Source of the DNA: a virus
Lineage: Duplodnaviria > Caudoviricetes
Strand: one strand, 5' to 3'
Length of the DNA: 61,165 nt
IMG/VR virus record: IMGVR_UViG_3300042478_002789
Location: 1-61,165 of that record
The position numbers and the translations under genes are program-made. A model generated the notes under the pieces. The model worked only from the letters and a program-made list of their open reading frames with translations, was not told where the DNA came from and made no database searches. Positions 15,514 through 25,495 of the stretch are shown piece by piece (within the stretch, counting starts at the first letter, position 1; each line of letters starts with the position of its first letter).

Positions 15514-15792
15514 TTAGGACTCCTCAGTGTAAAGGTGGTGCCACACGACCTCAGTGTGTGGGCGGTGCCACACGATGATGGGGGTGTCGGGCCCCACGTA
15601 GGCCCCGGCGATGTTGAACTCCAGGAATTCGTGGGCTTCATCCTCCTCCATGCCATCGCGGGTCATGAGAATGTTGAGGATTTTGGGGCCGCTGTAGATG
15701 AGGGTGTCCACCGGCTCTGCACCAGCGCCCTGGCGTTGCCACACCGTGGCTTCACCCAGTATGGCCTCATCGTACCCTTCAAGTTTGAGCAT
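15514..15792 (-). CDS. Conserved hypothetical phage protein
   Basis: GYDEAILG...DGMEEDEAHEFLEFNIAGAYVGPDTP. Confidence 0.75.
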   Translation of the reverse strand: MLKLEGYDEAILGEATVWQRQGAGAEPVDTLIYSGPKILNILMTRDGMEEDEAHEFLEFNIAGAYVGPDTPIIVWHRPHTEVVWHHLYTEES

Positions 15793-16061
15793 TTGGGATC
15801 CTTTGGGAAAAGGCCCCCACCCAGTAGCCCCACTAGGTGTAGGGTTATTGGGCGGGGGTGAGTGGGGTAGCTGACAGGACTGAAAGAAACGTGGTGGGTG
15901 GCCGGCCCCAGCGGGGTCACAGCCATGTTCCGGGATGGAACGCCGCCAAGGTACTTGGAGGGGGTGAGGGGCGCAACCCCCACGTGATCACAAATTGTTA
16001 CGGATTGTTGCAGCCCCCGGGGGATTTTGGGCGCGGGTGGTTCCCTCTTTGTTCTTTGGGG

Positions 16062-16296
16062 GTGAAGGTGGGTGAAGGTTAGGGGGCCGGGGGTTCACCC
16101 CGTAAGTGCTTGATATTGCTGGGCGGGTGAAGGTTGTGAAGGTTGTGAAGGCACATTTCCCCAAAGAGAAGGGGTATATGTGTGGGGGGCGGGGAAAGAT
16201 GGGGGAAATTTGGGCGCGGGACCTTCACAACCTTCACCCTTCCTTTAATTTCAAGGGGTTAGCGCCCCGCAACAAAAGATGTAGGGGTGAAGGTTA
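16062..16296. other. Origin-like element, copy 2
   Basis: Six GTGAAGG and two inverted CCTTCAC; IHF-consensus at 16103; directly upstream of the helicase-like gene. Confidence 0.65.
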
Positions 16297-16449
16297 ACAA
16301 ACGTAAAACAAACTGATTTGGGGGTGGGAGGGGGGTCCTCATCATGATAGCACAGGGACGGCGCAGCCGTCAAGTATGCAAAGTTTTGGGGGAGGGGATT
16401 GCGCCGCCGCCCACAAGGTGGTACGTAGGGGGCCCCTCAAGGAGGATGT

Positions 16450-17919
16450 ATGGACGAGAAGGAATCAATGATCTTGGGGCCCGCCGGGCTCTACAAGCTG
16501 GTGGCCCATGCGGTGAAGCCGTGGAGGACCCCCAACGGAGATGTATTCGTGGATCTGTGGATGGATGACATCCGGCACACGGTGCCCGTGAAGAGCGAGG
16601 CCTTTACCGGCATCCTCTACATGCTGGCGGCGCGGGGTGCCCCCGGCAAGCTCCCCAGTGCCAAGGCGCTGGAGGAGATGAAGGCTTTTTGCATAGGGAC
16701 GGCGCTGGCATCCCAGCGCATCCTTCCGGCATTCGTGCGGGTGGGAGGCACTAGCGGCGACCTCTACTACGATTTTGGGGATGACACCCGCGAGATGACG
16801 AGGTGGCGCGGCGGCAAATGGGAAACCGTGAGGACTACGGGCGAGGTCCCCCGGTTCTACCGCCCGAATGGGATGCTCCCGCAGGTTAGGCCCCAAGGGG
16901 GCGGGGACCTCTTGGCCCTCTTGAGGAAGCACGTGAGGTGCAAGGAGGATGACCTCTACCTGTTGGCTGCCTGGTTGGTGGGCTCCTTCAAGGTGGGGGG
17001 CCCCTTCCCCGTCCTCATCATCAACGGGGAGCAGGGCTCCTCCAAAAGTACCACTACGCGCCTTTTGCGCCGGTTGGTGGATCCCCATGCCAGGGATATG
17101 AGGGAGCCGCCCAGTAACTCCAGGGATTTGGTGGCCGCCGTCAAGAACGCCTATGTGGTGGCGGTAGACAACGTATCCACTTTGCAGCACAACCTCAGCG
17201 ACTCCCTGTGCCGTATCTCTACCGGCACTGGGGCCCTCGGCGGTAGGGCTCTCTACACCGATAGTGATGAGGCGGCCTTCACGGCGTGTAGGCCCATCGT
17301 GCTCAACGGCATCCCCGCCTTCGCGGAGCGCGAGGACCTCGTATCCCGTAGTATCAACGTGGAGTTGCCGGCTATTCCCGCCAGGGATCGCATGGACGAC
17401 GACACCTTCTGGCACCAATTCGAGATGGACATGCCCCTCCTGCTGGGGGCCATCTTCGACTGCGTGGGCAAGGCACAAGAGGGCTTCTCCTCCGTGAGGT
17501 TGAGCGAGGCCCCGCGCATGGCCAACTTCGCCCGGTGGGCCTTCGCGGGATTGGGGCCCGACGCGGGGGAGCGCTTCCTCACCGCGTACTCCAACAACAA
17601 GCAGGAGGCCAGCGCCCACTTCGTGGAGCACAACGATGTGGCCCAGGCACTCATTTCCTTGATGAAGGAGAAGGAAGTGTGGTATGGTAGCTGGGCTCAA
17701 CTCCTCGCGGTACTTGCCCCCCACGCCTCGCCCTCCAAATTTTGGCCAGAAAACTCCTTGCAGTTACGCAATCGGATGATCCGCATAAGCGAGGACCTGC
17801 GGAAGTGCGGATTGGAGTGGCGCAAGAACGGGCGCGAGAGCAAATCGGGGCGCAGTTGCGTCGAGGTCCGCCGACTCAAATCCTTTGTCAATAACCACGT
17901 TCTCACGAGTGTATCATGA
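16450..17919 (+). CDS. P-loop NTPase, putative replicative helicase/initiator (SF3-like)
   Basis: Walker A GEQGSSKST, Walker B VAVDNVS, RALYTD, PIVLNGI, DLVSRS. Confidence 0.75.
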   Translation: MDEKESMILGPAGLYKLVAHAVKPWRTPNGDVFVDLWMDDIRHTVPVKSEAFTGILYMLAARGAPGKLPSAKALEEMKAFCIGTALASQRILPAFVRVGGTSGDLYYDFGDDTREMTRWRGGKWETVRTTGEVPRFYRPNGMLPQVRPQGGGDLLALLRKHVRCKEDDLYLLAAWLVGSFKVGGPFPVLIINGEQGSSKSTTTRLLRRLVDPHARDMREPPSNSRDLVAAVKNAYVVAVDNVSTLQHNLSDSLCRISTGTGALGGRALYTDSDEAAFTACRPIVLNGIPAFAEREDLVSRSINVELPAIPARDRMDDDTFWHQFEMDMPLLLGAIFDCVGKAQEGFSSVRLSEAPRMANFARWAFAGLGPDAGERFLTAYSNNKQEASAHFVEHNDVAQALISLMKEKEVWYGSWAQLLAVLAPHASPSKFWPENSLQLRNRMIRISEDLRKCGLEWRKNGRESKSGRSCVEVRRLKSFVNNHVLTSVS

Positions 17920-18425
17920 AGGAAGAAGAAAACCCCATCATGGAGGAAGCCCAGCGCGAGGTGGAGGTGATGCCCCCGCTGAAGGCTTGGCGCGACTCCC
18001 GCCGCATGGACCTCACCACCAAGGAGGAAATCTTCTGCAGGGAGTACGCCATCCACCGAGATTCCAAGAGGGCCTTGTTGGCCGCCGGCTATTCCGGGAA
18101 CCACCCGGCGGAGATCGGAAGGAGGTGGCTCCAGCGGCCCCGCATCGAGAAGCGCCTGCGCACCCTCTTGGAGCGGGACCAGTTCCGCGCCGACCTCACC
18201 CGCGAAATTTACCACAAGAAGCTCCAGGATATCTACGACAAGGCGATGGGCGACGGGGATTACGCGGGAGCCAACAGGGCCATGGAGCTTCTGGGGAAGT
18301 CCCTCGGGTTCTTCGTGGAGCAGAAAGCCGTGCTCAACGTGACCTCCAGGTTGCAGGGCGACAAGGCCCAAGAGGTAGAAGAGGTGAAGCGCCTGGCCAA
18401 GATTGCGGGGGTGTCCCTTGAGTGA
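17916..18425 (+). CDS. terS: Terminase small subunit
   Basis: LTTKEEIFCREY...AAGYS, A.ELLGK; directly upstream of TerL. Confidence 0.85.
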   Translation: MKEEENPIMEEAQREVEVMPPLKAWRDSRRMDLTTKEEIFCREYAIHRDSKRALLAAGYSGNHPAEIGRRWLQRPRIEKRLRTLLERDQFRADLTREIYHKKLQDIYDKAMGDGDYAGANRAMELLGKSLGFFVEQKAVLNVTSRLQGDKAQEVEEVKRLAKIAGVSLE

Positions 18426-19893
18426 CGCTCTCCTGGAGAAGCTGCAACTCTTGGCGGAGGCCAAGGCCCGCGAGTCCTACTACGCCTATTTGCAGTATGC
18501 CGCCCCGTGGATTCTCCCCGAGGGCTTCGTGGACGGGGAGCACATCCAGAAGATTGCCGCCCTTTTGCAATATGTGGAGGAGACACCCCGCGCCCGCGCC
18601 ATGATCTTCATGCCACCCCGTAGCATGAAGAGCGTCAACGGCTCCGTCCTCTTCCCCTCATGGGTATTGGGGCGGCACCCCACGTGGCAGGTCATGGGAG
18701 TTTCCTACGGGCAGGAGCTAGCTAACGCTTTCGGGCGCGACACCCGCAACCTCGTGATGTCGGATGACTACCAGAAGCTTTTCCCTACGCGCATCAAAAG
18801 TGATAGTAGGGCCACCAACAGATGGGATACGGAACAGGGAGGTAGATATGTCGCCGCTGGTATTACTGCTGGCATTGCAGGTAGGGGCGCTAATCTTGCT
18901 ATCATTGACGACCCCTTGAGCGAGCAGGATGCGATGTCGAAGAGCGCCCGCGAGTTCGTCAAGAACTGGTGGCCGGGCGGCCTTCGCTCCCGCTTGCAGC
19001 CTGATGGGCGCATCCTCATCATCACCACGCGGTGGCACGAAGAGGATTTGGCCGGCTGGCTCCTCCGCAACGCCGAGGATGACCCCCGCGCCGAGCAATG
19101 GCAGGTACTCTCCATCCCGGCGCTGACCGAGGAAGAGGAGTCCTACTGGCCCGAGAGGTGGCCCGCCGAGTACCTCAAGGGGCTGCGGGATGACCCCACG
19201 ATGCCCCGGGGGCAGTGGAACGCCCTCTATATGCAGGAGCCCACCGGCGAAGAGGGCAACCTCATCAAGGTGGAGAACATCAAGTGGTGGCCCAAGGACA
19301 AGCCGCTGCCCTCCTGCGACAGCGTCATCATGAGCGCGGATACCGCCTTCGGCAAGAAGGAGACCAACGACTACAGCGTCCTCCAGGTCTGGGGCATCTT
19401 CACCACCGGGTACGAGGACAGCCGGGGCAAGGAGTTTAATGTGCCCAATGCCCTTTTGTTGGCCAACCGGCGGGGCAAATGGGAGTACCCCGAGTTGTTG
19501 GAGCAGGCCCGCCAACTGGCCAAGAAGTACAACCCCGATAGGATCATCGTGGAGAAGAAGGCCTCCGGCGAAGTCCTCTACCCCGACCTCCAGCGGGCTG
19601 GGTTGCCGGTGATGCCCTACGTGCCGGGGAAGGGGCAGGACAAGATGGCCAGGGTACACGCCATCATGCGCTTCTTCGTGTCGGGGCGGGTCTGGTTCCC
19701 CGAGGAGCAAACCTGGAGTTACGACCTGGTGGAGGAATCCCTCGCGTTCCCCAAGGGGCGCAACGACGACCAGGTGGACGCCATGACCATGGCCCTCCTC
19801 TACCTCCGCGATAGCTACACCCTCTATAACCAGGATGACAACGTGGGGGAGGAGGAACCCGCGCGCAAAAGGAGGACGTATTGGAGGGCTTGA
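18418..19893 (+). CDS. terL: Terminase large subunit
   Basis: MPPRSMKS, GRGANLAIIDDP, TRWHEEDLAG, DTAF, EKKASG, NDDQVDA. Confidence 0.95.
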   Translation: MSDALLEKLQLLAEAKARESYYAYLQYAAPWILPEGFVDGEHIQKIAALLQYVEETPRARAMIFMPPRSMKSVNGSVLFPSWVLGRHPTWQVMGVSYGQELANAFGRDTRNLVMSDDYQKLFPTRIKSDSRATNRWDTEQGGRYVAAGITAGIAGRGANLAIIDDPLSEQDAMSKSAREFVKNWWPGGLRSRLQPDGRILIITTRWHEEDLAGWLLRNAEDDPRAEQWQVLSIPALTEEEESYWPERWPAEYLKGLRDDPTMPRGQWNALYMQEPTGEEGNLIKVENIKWWPKDKPLPSCDSVIMSADTAFGKKETNDYSVLQVWGIFTTGYEDSRGKEFNVPNALLLANRRGKWEYPELLEQARQLAKKYNPDRIIVEKKASGEVLYPDLQRAGLPVMPYVPGKGQDKMARVHAIMRFFVSGRVWFPEEQTWSYDLVEESLAFPKGRNDDQVDAMTMALLYLRDSYTLYNQDDNVGEEEPARKRRTYWRA

Positions 19894-19918
19894 TTACCCC
19901 GGCGTTTCGTGATATGAT
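19890..19918 (+). promoter_or_regulatory. Sigma70-type promoter, probably leaderless (portal)
   Basis: TTGATT-17-TATGAT-5 nt-ATG. Confidence 0.6.
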
Positions 19919-19923
19919 GCGGC

Positions 19924-22179
19924 ATGGCCATTGAAAACAGCATGCCTTCGGAAGTCCTGGGGTTGCGCGGCACCATCGTTGAATTGGACGATGGCGTCGA
20001 CGAAGTTGAAACTTCGTTTGACCAGTCCCACGACGCCAACCTGGCGGAAACCCTCAGTGAATCCGAACTGGGGATGATGGGCAGCACCATCTGCGAAAAC
20101 GTGAAGGCCGACCTTGACTCCCGCGCCGAATGGGAAAACCTCATCGTAAAGGGCATGGAGGAGTTGGGGCTCAAGATCGAGGAGACGGCGGAGCCCTTCG
20201 AGGGCGCATGCACCGCGCACCATCCCCTCCTTTTGGAAAACGTGGTGAAGTTCCAGAGCAAGGCCGTCCAGGAACTCTTCCCGGCTGCCGGCCCCGTCCG
20301 CACTCGCATCTGGGGCAACTCCACCCCCGAGAAGGAAGCTGCTGCCGCGCGCCTCAAGGAGTTCCTCAACTACCAGATTCTTGAGGAGATGGTGGAGTAT
20401 TTCGACGAGACGGAGCGGCTCCTCTTTGCCCTTCCCCTCGTGGGCTCCTGCTTCCGCAAGCTCTATTTCGACAACGGCATCGGGCGGCCCATCGCTGAGT
20501 ATGTCCCCGTCGACCAGTTCGTCGTGAGCTACAATGCCCCCGACCTCCGGAGGGCTGATCGCTACACCCACATCATCTATAGGGGCGACGAGGACCTCAA
20601 GGCCGATATGGCTTCGGGCCTCTACCGCGACGTTCCCCTGGGGGCCCCCGGCCTCATCGACCAGAATGCCATTGCCGCCAAGGTGGATGAGCTTCAGGGC
20701 GTGGCACAGCCCACCAATTATAGGGCCCACGTCCTCTACGAGTACCACGGCTACTTCAAGCTGGAGGATGACGCCAACCTCCCGTATGTCGTCACGGTGG
20801 ATTCGGGCACCCGGCGCGTCCTCTCCATCCGCCGTAACTGGGATCCCAACGACCCCCAGAAGCGCAAGCTGGAGTGGTTCGTCCACTATCGCTACGTGCC
20901 CACCATGGGCTTCTACGGGCTGGGCCTCATCCACCTCATCGGCTCCCTCGCCAAGACGGCCACCCTCACCATGCGGGCGCTGGTGGACGCGGGCATGTTC
21001 GCCAACCTGCAGGGCGGCTTCAAGCTCAAGAGCATGCGCGTCGTGGGTGCCAACGATCCCATCGCCCCCGGCGAGTGGCGTGACGTGGATGCCACCCTCC
21101 AGGATATCTCCAAGGCCATCTACCCCCTCCCCTACAAGGAGCCGTCGCAGACCCTCCTCGCCCTCCACGACAAGATGGTGGGGGCCGGCCAGAAGTTTGC
21201 CGACACGACGGAGCAGGTCATTGCGGATTCTACCAATTACGGCCCCGTGGGCACCACGCTGGCACTCCTGGAAGCCAGCACCAAATTCTTTAGTGCCACG
21301 CACAAGCGCATCCACGCCGCCCAAAAGCAAGAGTTCAAGATCCTCCGGCGCATCGACCGCGATTACCTCAACACCTACCCCTACGATATCCAGGGGGCCC
21401 CGCGCCAAATTTTCCTTGCTGACATAGCGGCGCAGGTCGACATCATCCCCTCGTCGGATCCCAACACCCCGTCGAATGCCCACCGCCTCACGCGGGCTAC
21501 CACCCTCCTGCAGGTGGCGTCGCAGAACCCGCAGATGCACGACATGCGCGAAATCTACAAGCGCGTCTACACTGCGATGGAAGTCGAGAACGTCGACAAG
21601 ATCCTGCCGCCGCAGCAGCAGCCCCAGCCCCTCGGTCCCCTTGAGGACATCATGGTGCTCTCGAAGGGGATGCCCATCGCTGCCTTCCCGGGCCAGGACC
21701 ACCAGGCGCACATCATGGCCAAGATGGCCTTCCTCCAGGATCCCATGGGCGGGGCTTCCCCCGTGTTTGCCCAGGTGGCCCCGCTCCTCCAGGCCAACAT
21801 CCGCGAGCATATGCTCATGCAGTATGCCGAGGCTGCGATGGCCCAGGGTGTCCCCGGGGACCAGGCCCAGGCCATGGCCGCCCAGCAGGTTGCCACCATG
21901 CATATCCAGCAGGCCATGGCGCAGCAGCAGCCCCAGGATCCCACGCTGCAGTTGGGCATGACTGAGCTTCAGCTTCGTGCCAAGGAGCACGAGGACAAGA
22001 TGCTCAACCACGCGGCCCAGCTTGCGGTGCGCAACCGCGAACTCGACCTGCGCCAGCAGGCCCAGGACCAGAAGGGCTATGTCGAGGGGCTCAAGATCAA
22101 GCAGAAGGATACGGAGGGTGTGCGCCGTGCTGCCACTCAGGCCGTCTCCGCAATCGGGAGGAAAACCGGTGCCCAGTAA
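19924..22179 (+). CDS. Portal protein
   Basis: 751 aa after TerL; ELFPAAGPVRT, GFYGLGLIH, LPYKEPS; Gln-rich coiled C-terminus. Confidence 0.88.
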   Translation: MAIENSMPSEVLGLRGTIVELDDGVDEVETSFDQSHDANLAETLSESELGMMGSTICENVKADLDSRAEWENLIVKGMEELGLKIEETAEPFEGACTAHHPLLLENVVKFQSKAVQELFPAAGPVRTRIWGNSTPEKEAAAARLKEFLNYQILEEMVEYFDETERLLFALPLVGSCFRKLYFDNGIGRPIAEYVPVDQFVVSYNAPDLRRADRYTHIIYRGDEDLKADMASGLYRDVPLGAPGLIDQNAIAAKVDELQGVAQPTNYRAHVLYEYHGYFKLEDDANLPYVVTVDSGTRRVLSIRRNWDPNDPQKRKLEWFVHYRYVPTMGFYGLGLIHLIGSLAKTATLTMRALVDAGMFANLQGGFKLKSMRVVGANDPIAPGEWRDVDATLQDISKAIYPLPYKEPSQTLLALHDKMVGAGQKFADTTEQVIADSTNYGPVGTTLALLEASTKFFSATHKRIHAAQKQEFKILRRIDRDYLNTYPYDIQGAPRQIFLADIAAQVDIIPSSDPNTPSNAHRLTRATTLLQVASQNPQMHDMREIYKRVYTAMEVENVDKILPPQQQPQPLGPLEDIMVLSKGMPIAAFPGQDHQAHIMAKMAFLQDPMGGASPVFAQVAPLLQANIREHMLMQYAEAAMAQGVPGDQAQAMAAQQVATMHIQQAMAQQQPQDPTLQLGMTELQLRAKEHEDKMLNHAAQLAVRNRELDLRQQAQDQKGYVEGLKIKQKDTEGVRRAATQAVSAIGRKTGAQ

Positions 22180-22690
22180 GTCTTTTGGCCAGGCCCGCAT
22201 GATGGCGGCGGCGGCCCACGACCCCGTTTTTGCCAAGCGCGTTGGCGTCCCCGGCAAGGTCGCTAAGGAGTTCAACCGGGCGGATGACCGTAGTGGTTTC
22301 CTGTCGTCGGCCATGCGGGCAAAGGGTCCCGCCTACCAGGAGGGTGGTAAAGTGGAACGCAATCGTAGTTCGGTGCCTTTTCGCAGCGCTCCCACGGGGA
22401 ACGATGATGAGCTTCGCGGCATGCCGGATCTTGGGCGGAAGTCCCCTGAGCCGGATCGCCAGACCCAGTTCCTGGAGCAACTGGACAAGGATGTTGCCGC
22501 CGGGGTCGCGCGTCGTGCGCAGGAGGCCAAGGACCGTGCAGCCGCTCGCGCCAAGGCTCCGCCGCCGCGCAGCGACAAGAACAACCCCGACGCCGCCACC
22601 ATCACCCGAGGCCCTCGCTACGCCAAGGGCGGTAGCGTGAAGGGCGGCGGTTGTGAGAAGCGGGGCACCCGTCCCGCCAAATACTACTGA
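22169..22690 (+). CDS. Small basic virion-module protein
   Basis: GGAGG SD, GTG start MPSKS; YxxGG motifs. Confidence 0.65.
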   Translation: MPSKSFGQARMMAAAAHDPVFAKRVGVPGKVAKEFNRADDRSGFLSSAMRAKGPAYQEGGKVERNRSSVPFRSAPTGNDDELRGMPDLGRKSPEPDRQTQFLEQLDKDVAAGVARRAQEAKDRAAARAKAPPPRSDKNNPDAATITRGPRYAKGGSVKGGGCEKRGTRPAKYY

Positions 22691-22700
22691 GGAGCCAACA

Positions 22701-22922
22701 ATGATGAAGAAGCCGATGATGAAGGGTGGCAAGATGGGGAATCCCGCCGCGCTGCCCTCCGAGAAGTTCTCCGCCCGTGCCAAGCGCGCTACCCTCCGGG
22801 GTGACGACATGGGCACCTACAAGAAGGGCGGCATGGCGAAGATGCCCGCCAAGGGTATGATGCCCAAGGGCATGATGCCGAAGATGGCCAAGGGTGGCTA
22901 CATGAAGGGCGGCAAGTGCTAA
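22701..22922 (+). CDS. Met/Lys/Gly-rich small protein
   Basis: GAGGAG SD; KGG repeats. Confidence 0.65.
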   Translation: MMKKPMMKGGKMGNPAALPSEKFSARAKRATLRGDDMGTYKKGGMAKMPAKGMMPKGMMPKMAKGGYMKGGKC

Positions 22923-23104
22923 ATCACTTCCGTCGAGCAGTCGAAGAGAAAAGGAAACGGCTCGCCCTGGACCTAATAGAGGGGCGGGCCGACTCCTTTG
23001 AAAGTTATCAGTGGCACGTAGGCTACTCCTCTGGTATGTTGGCGGCGATCCAACTACTGGAGGAAATAGTCGATGCAGATGCCGACAGCGAAGAGCGCGG
23101 GTAA
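22916..23104 (+). CDS. Hypothetical protein preceding GroES
   Basis: G.ADSFESY...VG...G pattern; operon packing. Confidence 0.7.
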   Translation: MLNHFRRAVEEKRKRLALDLIEGRADSFESYQWHVGYSSGMLAAIQLLEEIVDADADSEERG

Positions 23105-23465
23105 CACCACTTGGTGGACCGACCCTACTATCCCGGATCCCGCCGACCTCCCTACGGTGAGGGGCTGGCGAATCCTGGTGCGCCCCATCCCCAATGCCCC
23201 CAAGACGAAGGGGGGCATCATCATCCCGGATGCCACCATCGAGACGATGGATCTCATTCGCAGCGTCGGGCAGGTGAAGGCGGTGGGCCCCATGGCCTAC
23301 TCTCGCGGCGATATGGGCGACGAGCCTTGGTGCAAGGTGGGGGACTACATTCTCTACCCGCGCTACTCTGGAGCAAAGTTCTCCTATGGTGGCGTAAAAT
23401 TCCTGTTGCTCAACGACGATGAAGTACTGGCGGTAATCCAGGATCCCGCCCGTATAAACGAGTAG
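23073..23465 (+). CDS. groES: GroES-like co-chaperonin
   Basis: RILVRP, KTKGGIIIP, V.AVGP, KVGD.ILY.RYSG, LLNDDEVLAVI. Confidence 0.92.
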   Translation: MQMPTAKSAGNTTWWTDPTIPDPADLPTVRGWRILVRPIPNAPKTKGGIIIPDATIETMDLIRSVGQVKAVGPMAYSRGDMGDEPWCKVGDYILYPRYSGAKFSYGGVKFLLLNDDEVLAVIQDPARINE

Positions 23466-23469
23466 GGTA

Positions 23470-23498
23470 TTGACAACCCACTTCGTTTCAAGTATCTT
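23470..23498 (+). promoter_or_regulatory. Sigma70-type promoter for the head genes
   Basis: TTGACA-17-TATCTT. Confidence 0.7.
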
Positions 23499-23525
23499 GG
23501 GAATGCGTAACGCAGGATCGCAACT

Positions 23526-24401
23526 GTGGAAAACAAAGAAGACTGGGTCGAGGTGGATGTAGCCCCCACCGAAACTCCGAAGGCCGACGCGACCCCCGTC
23601 GAAAATGCCCCGGAGGAAGAGAAAGTCGGACATCGTGCGGAGAAGCGGATAAAGCAACTCCTCGCTCGTGTCAAGGACGCTGAAGAGAGGGCTAGCAGGG
23701 CTGAAGTTGCCGCCGAGGTCAAGGCCAAGGAAGCAGCAGAAGCCCTGGAGAAGGCCAAGGGAACCGAGACATCCGCCCACACGGTCTACCGCAACAGTTT
23801 GCAGGACAAGATCAAGGTGGCGGAGAAGCGGTTCCAGGATGCCTACGACGCGGCAGATCGGGACGCCATCCTCGCGGCGCAAAATGACCTCATTGAGGCC
23901 CGCCTTGAATTCAAGGCCCTCGATGCCTGGGAGCGCAGCAACAAGGTGGATCCGGCCCCCGCGCCACAGGCTCCGGCCCCGCAGGCCCCGCAGCAGCTTG
24001 CCCCCGCGACCAAGGAGTGGATGGATTCCAATCCGTGGTTTGGCCGGGGTGCCAACGCTGACAGGCTGGCAACGGCGGCGGCAGTGGCCATCTCCGACGA
24101 CTTGGTGACCGAGGGATATGACCCCTCCAGCGCCGAGTTCTACGAGGAGGTCGAGAAGCGCCTGATGGCAGAGATGCCCCGGATGGCCTCGAAGATCTCC
24201 AAGGGTGAGCCGGAACCCCGAAAGCCGGTCGTTGCTGGGCAGTCGCGCACTCCCAGTAGGCGTATCCGCCTCGATGAGGGCACCGTGAGGGCATCCAATC
24301 GCCTCGGTGCCACCCTGGAGGACACCGCCCGCTACATGGAGAAGATCCAGGATGCGGGTGACGGATACGTCAACATCGATGTCAAGCGCGGGAGGAAGTA
24401 A
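23526..24401 (+). CDS. Capsid scaffolding protein (putative)
   Basis: Charged coiled-coil; W...NPWFG motif; position before capsid genes. Confidence 0.7.
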   Translation: MENKEDWVEVDVAPTETPKADATPVENAPEEEKVGHRAEKRIKQLLARVKDAEERASRAEVAAEVKAKEAAEALEKAKGTETSAHTVYRNSLQDKIKVAEKRFQDAYDAADRDAILAAQNDLIEARLEFKALDAWERSNKVDPAPAPQAPAPQAPQQLAPATKEWMDSNPWFGRGANADRLATAAAVAISDDLVTEGYDPSSAEFYEEVEKRLMAEMPRMASKISKGEPEPRKPVVAGQSRTPSRRIRLDEGTVRASNRLGATLEDTARYMEKIQDAGDGYVNIDVKRGRK

Positions 24402-24402
24402 C

Positions 24403-24876
24403 ATGACGATGCGTAGTACGCGGGAAGATACCGCGCGAAAGCGTGAGTGGAAGGAGCCCAACGAGTTGGATGTGCCGGAGAGTCTCTCCCGGCGTTTCCT
24501 CAGCGAGGGCTTCGGGACCCGCTGGATCCGGGTGATGCTTGAGGGCAAGCCCGACCCCGTCAACGTCATGACACGCATGCGCGAGGGGTATGAGTTCGTC
24601 CGCAAGGACGAGGCACCCGAGTGGCCGGAGGCTCCCTCCATGGAGTACGGCACGCACGGCAACCTCATCGTCATCGGTGACCTCGCCCTCGCCAAGTTGC
24701 CCCTCGACATCTCCGAGTCTCGTACCCGGCAGATGGCGGAGAGGACCCAGGCCCTGGCCGATGCCATCAACCGGCAGTTGCAGGAGAATCGAAACCTCAA
24801 CCGCGCCATGCCTGTATCGAATCGCGGAAGTAGTAGCAAGGTGTTTTCTGGTGGCCGCACCCCTACTCTCGACTGA
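24403..24876 (+). CDS. Conserved head-module protein
   Basis: RWIR...REGYEFV...IGDLALAK. Confidence 0.7.
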   Translation: MTMRSTREDTARKREWKEPNELDVPESLSRRFLSEGFGTRWIRVMLEGKPDPVNVMTRMREGYEFVRKDEAPEWPEAPSMEYGTHGNLIVIGDLALAKLPLDISESRTRQMAERTQALADAINRQLQENRNLNRAMPVSNRGSSSKVFSGGRTPTLD

Positions 24877-24903
24877 AACCAAGGGCCGCCTGAGGAGTAG
24901 AGC

Positions 24904-25482
24904 ATGACTGCTACGAAGCGGCCCTTTGGCCTCCAGCCGGTGCGCATCCGGGGCGGCAGCCCCAACAGCGGCGCACTCAACACGTACCGAGTCGGCGCGT
25001 CCGCCGGTTCCTCGGACATTGGTGACGGCGACCCGGTGAAGCAGATTGCGGGCGGCACCCTTGCCCTGGCCTCGGCGGCGACGGATTACGTCATCGGCGT
25101 TGCCAAGGGCTTCAAGTGGGTGGACCCGGTGACGAAGCGTCCGACGTGGAGCAACTACCTCCCGGCGGGCACGTCTTCGGCGGACAGCAACATCTACGCC
25201 TACGTCGTGGATGATGACCGTGCGACGTTCATCGTGCAGGCCGATGCCTCCGTCTCGGCGGGCGACCTGGGCCTGAACTTCGAGCTTTCGGCCATCGGCA
25301 GCGTCAACACCTCCTACGGCAAGTCGCAGGCCGTCCTCAAGGCTTCGACGCGCACCACGGCCACCAAGCTGGTGCGTCTCATCGGCGTCTACGACACGCC
25401 GGACAACGCGCTTGGGGATGCCTTCCCCATCGTCGAGGTGCGGATCGTCCAGCACCGCGATACGCAGGCCTCGGCCTTCTAA
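24904..25482 (+). CDS. Capsid decoration/stabilising protein (putative)
   Basis: PFGLQP..GDPV..; immediately upstream of the MCP. Confidence 0.65.
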   Translation: MTATKRPFGLQPVRIRGGSPNSGALNTYRVGASAGSSDIGDGDPVKQIAGGTLALASAATDYVIGVAKGFKWVDPVTKRPTWSNYLPAGTSSADSNIYAYVVDDDRATFIVQADASVSAGDLGLNFELSAIGSVNTSYGKSQAVLKASTRTTATKLVRLIGVYDTPDNALGDAFPIVEVRIVQHRDTQASAF

Positions 25483-25495
25483 GGAGTAAAGACAC

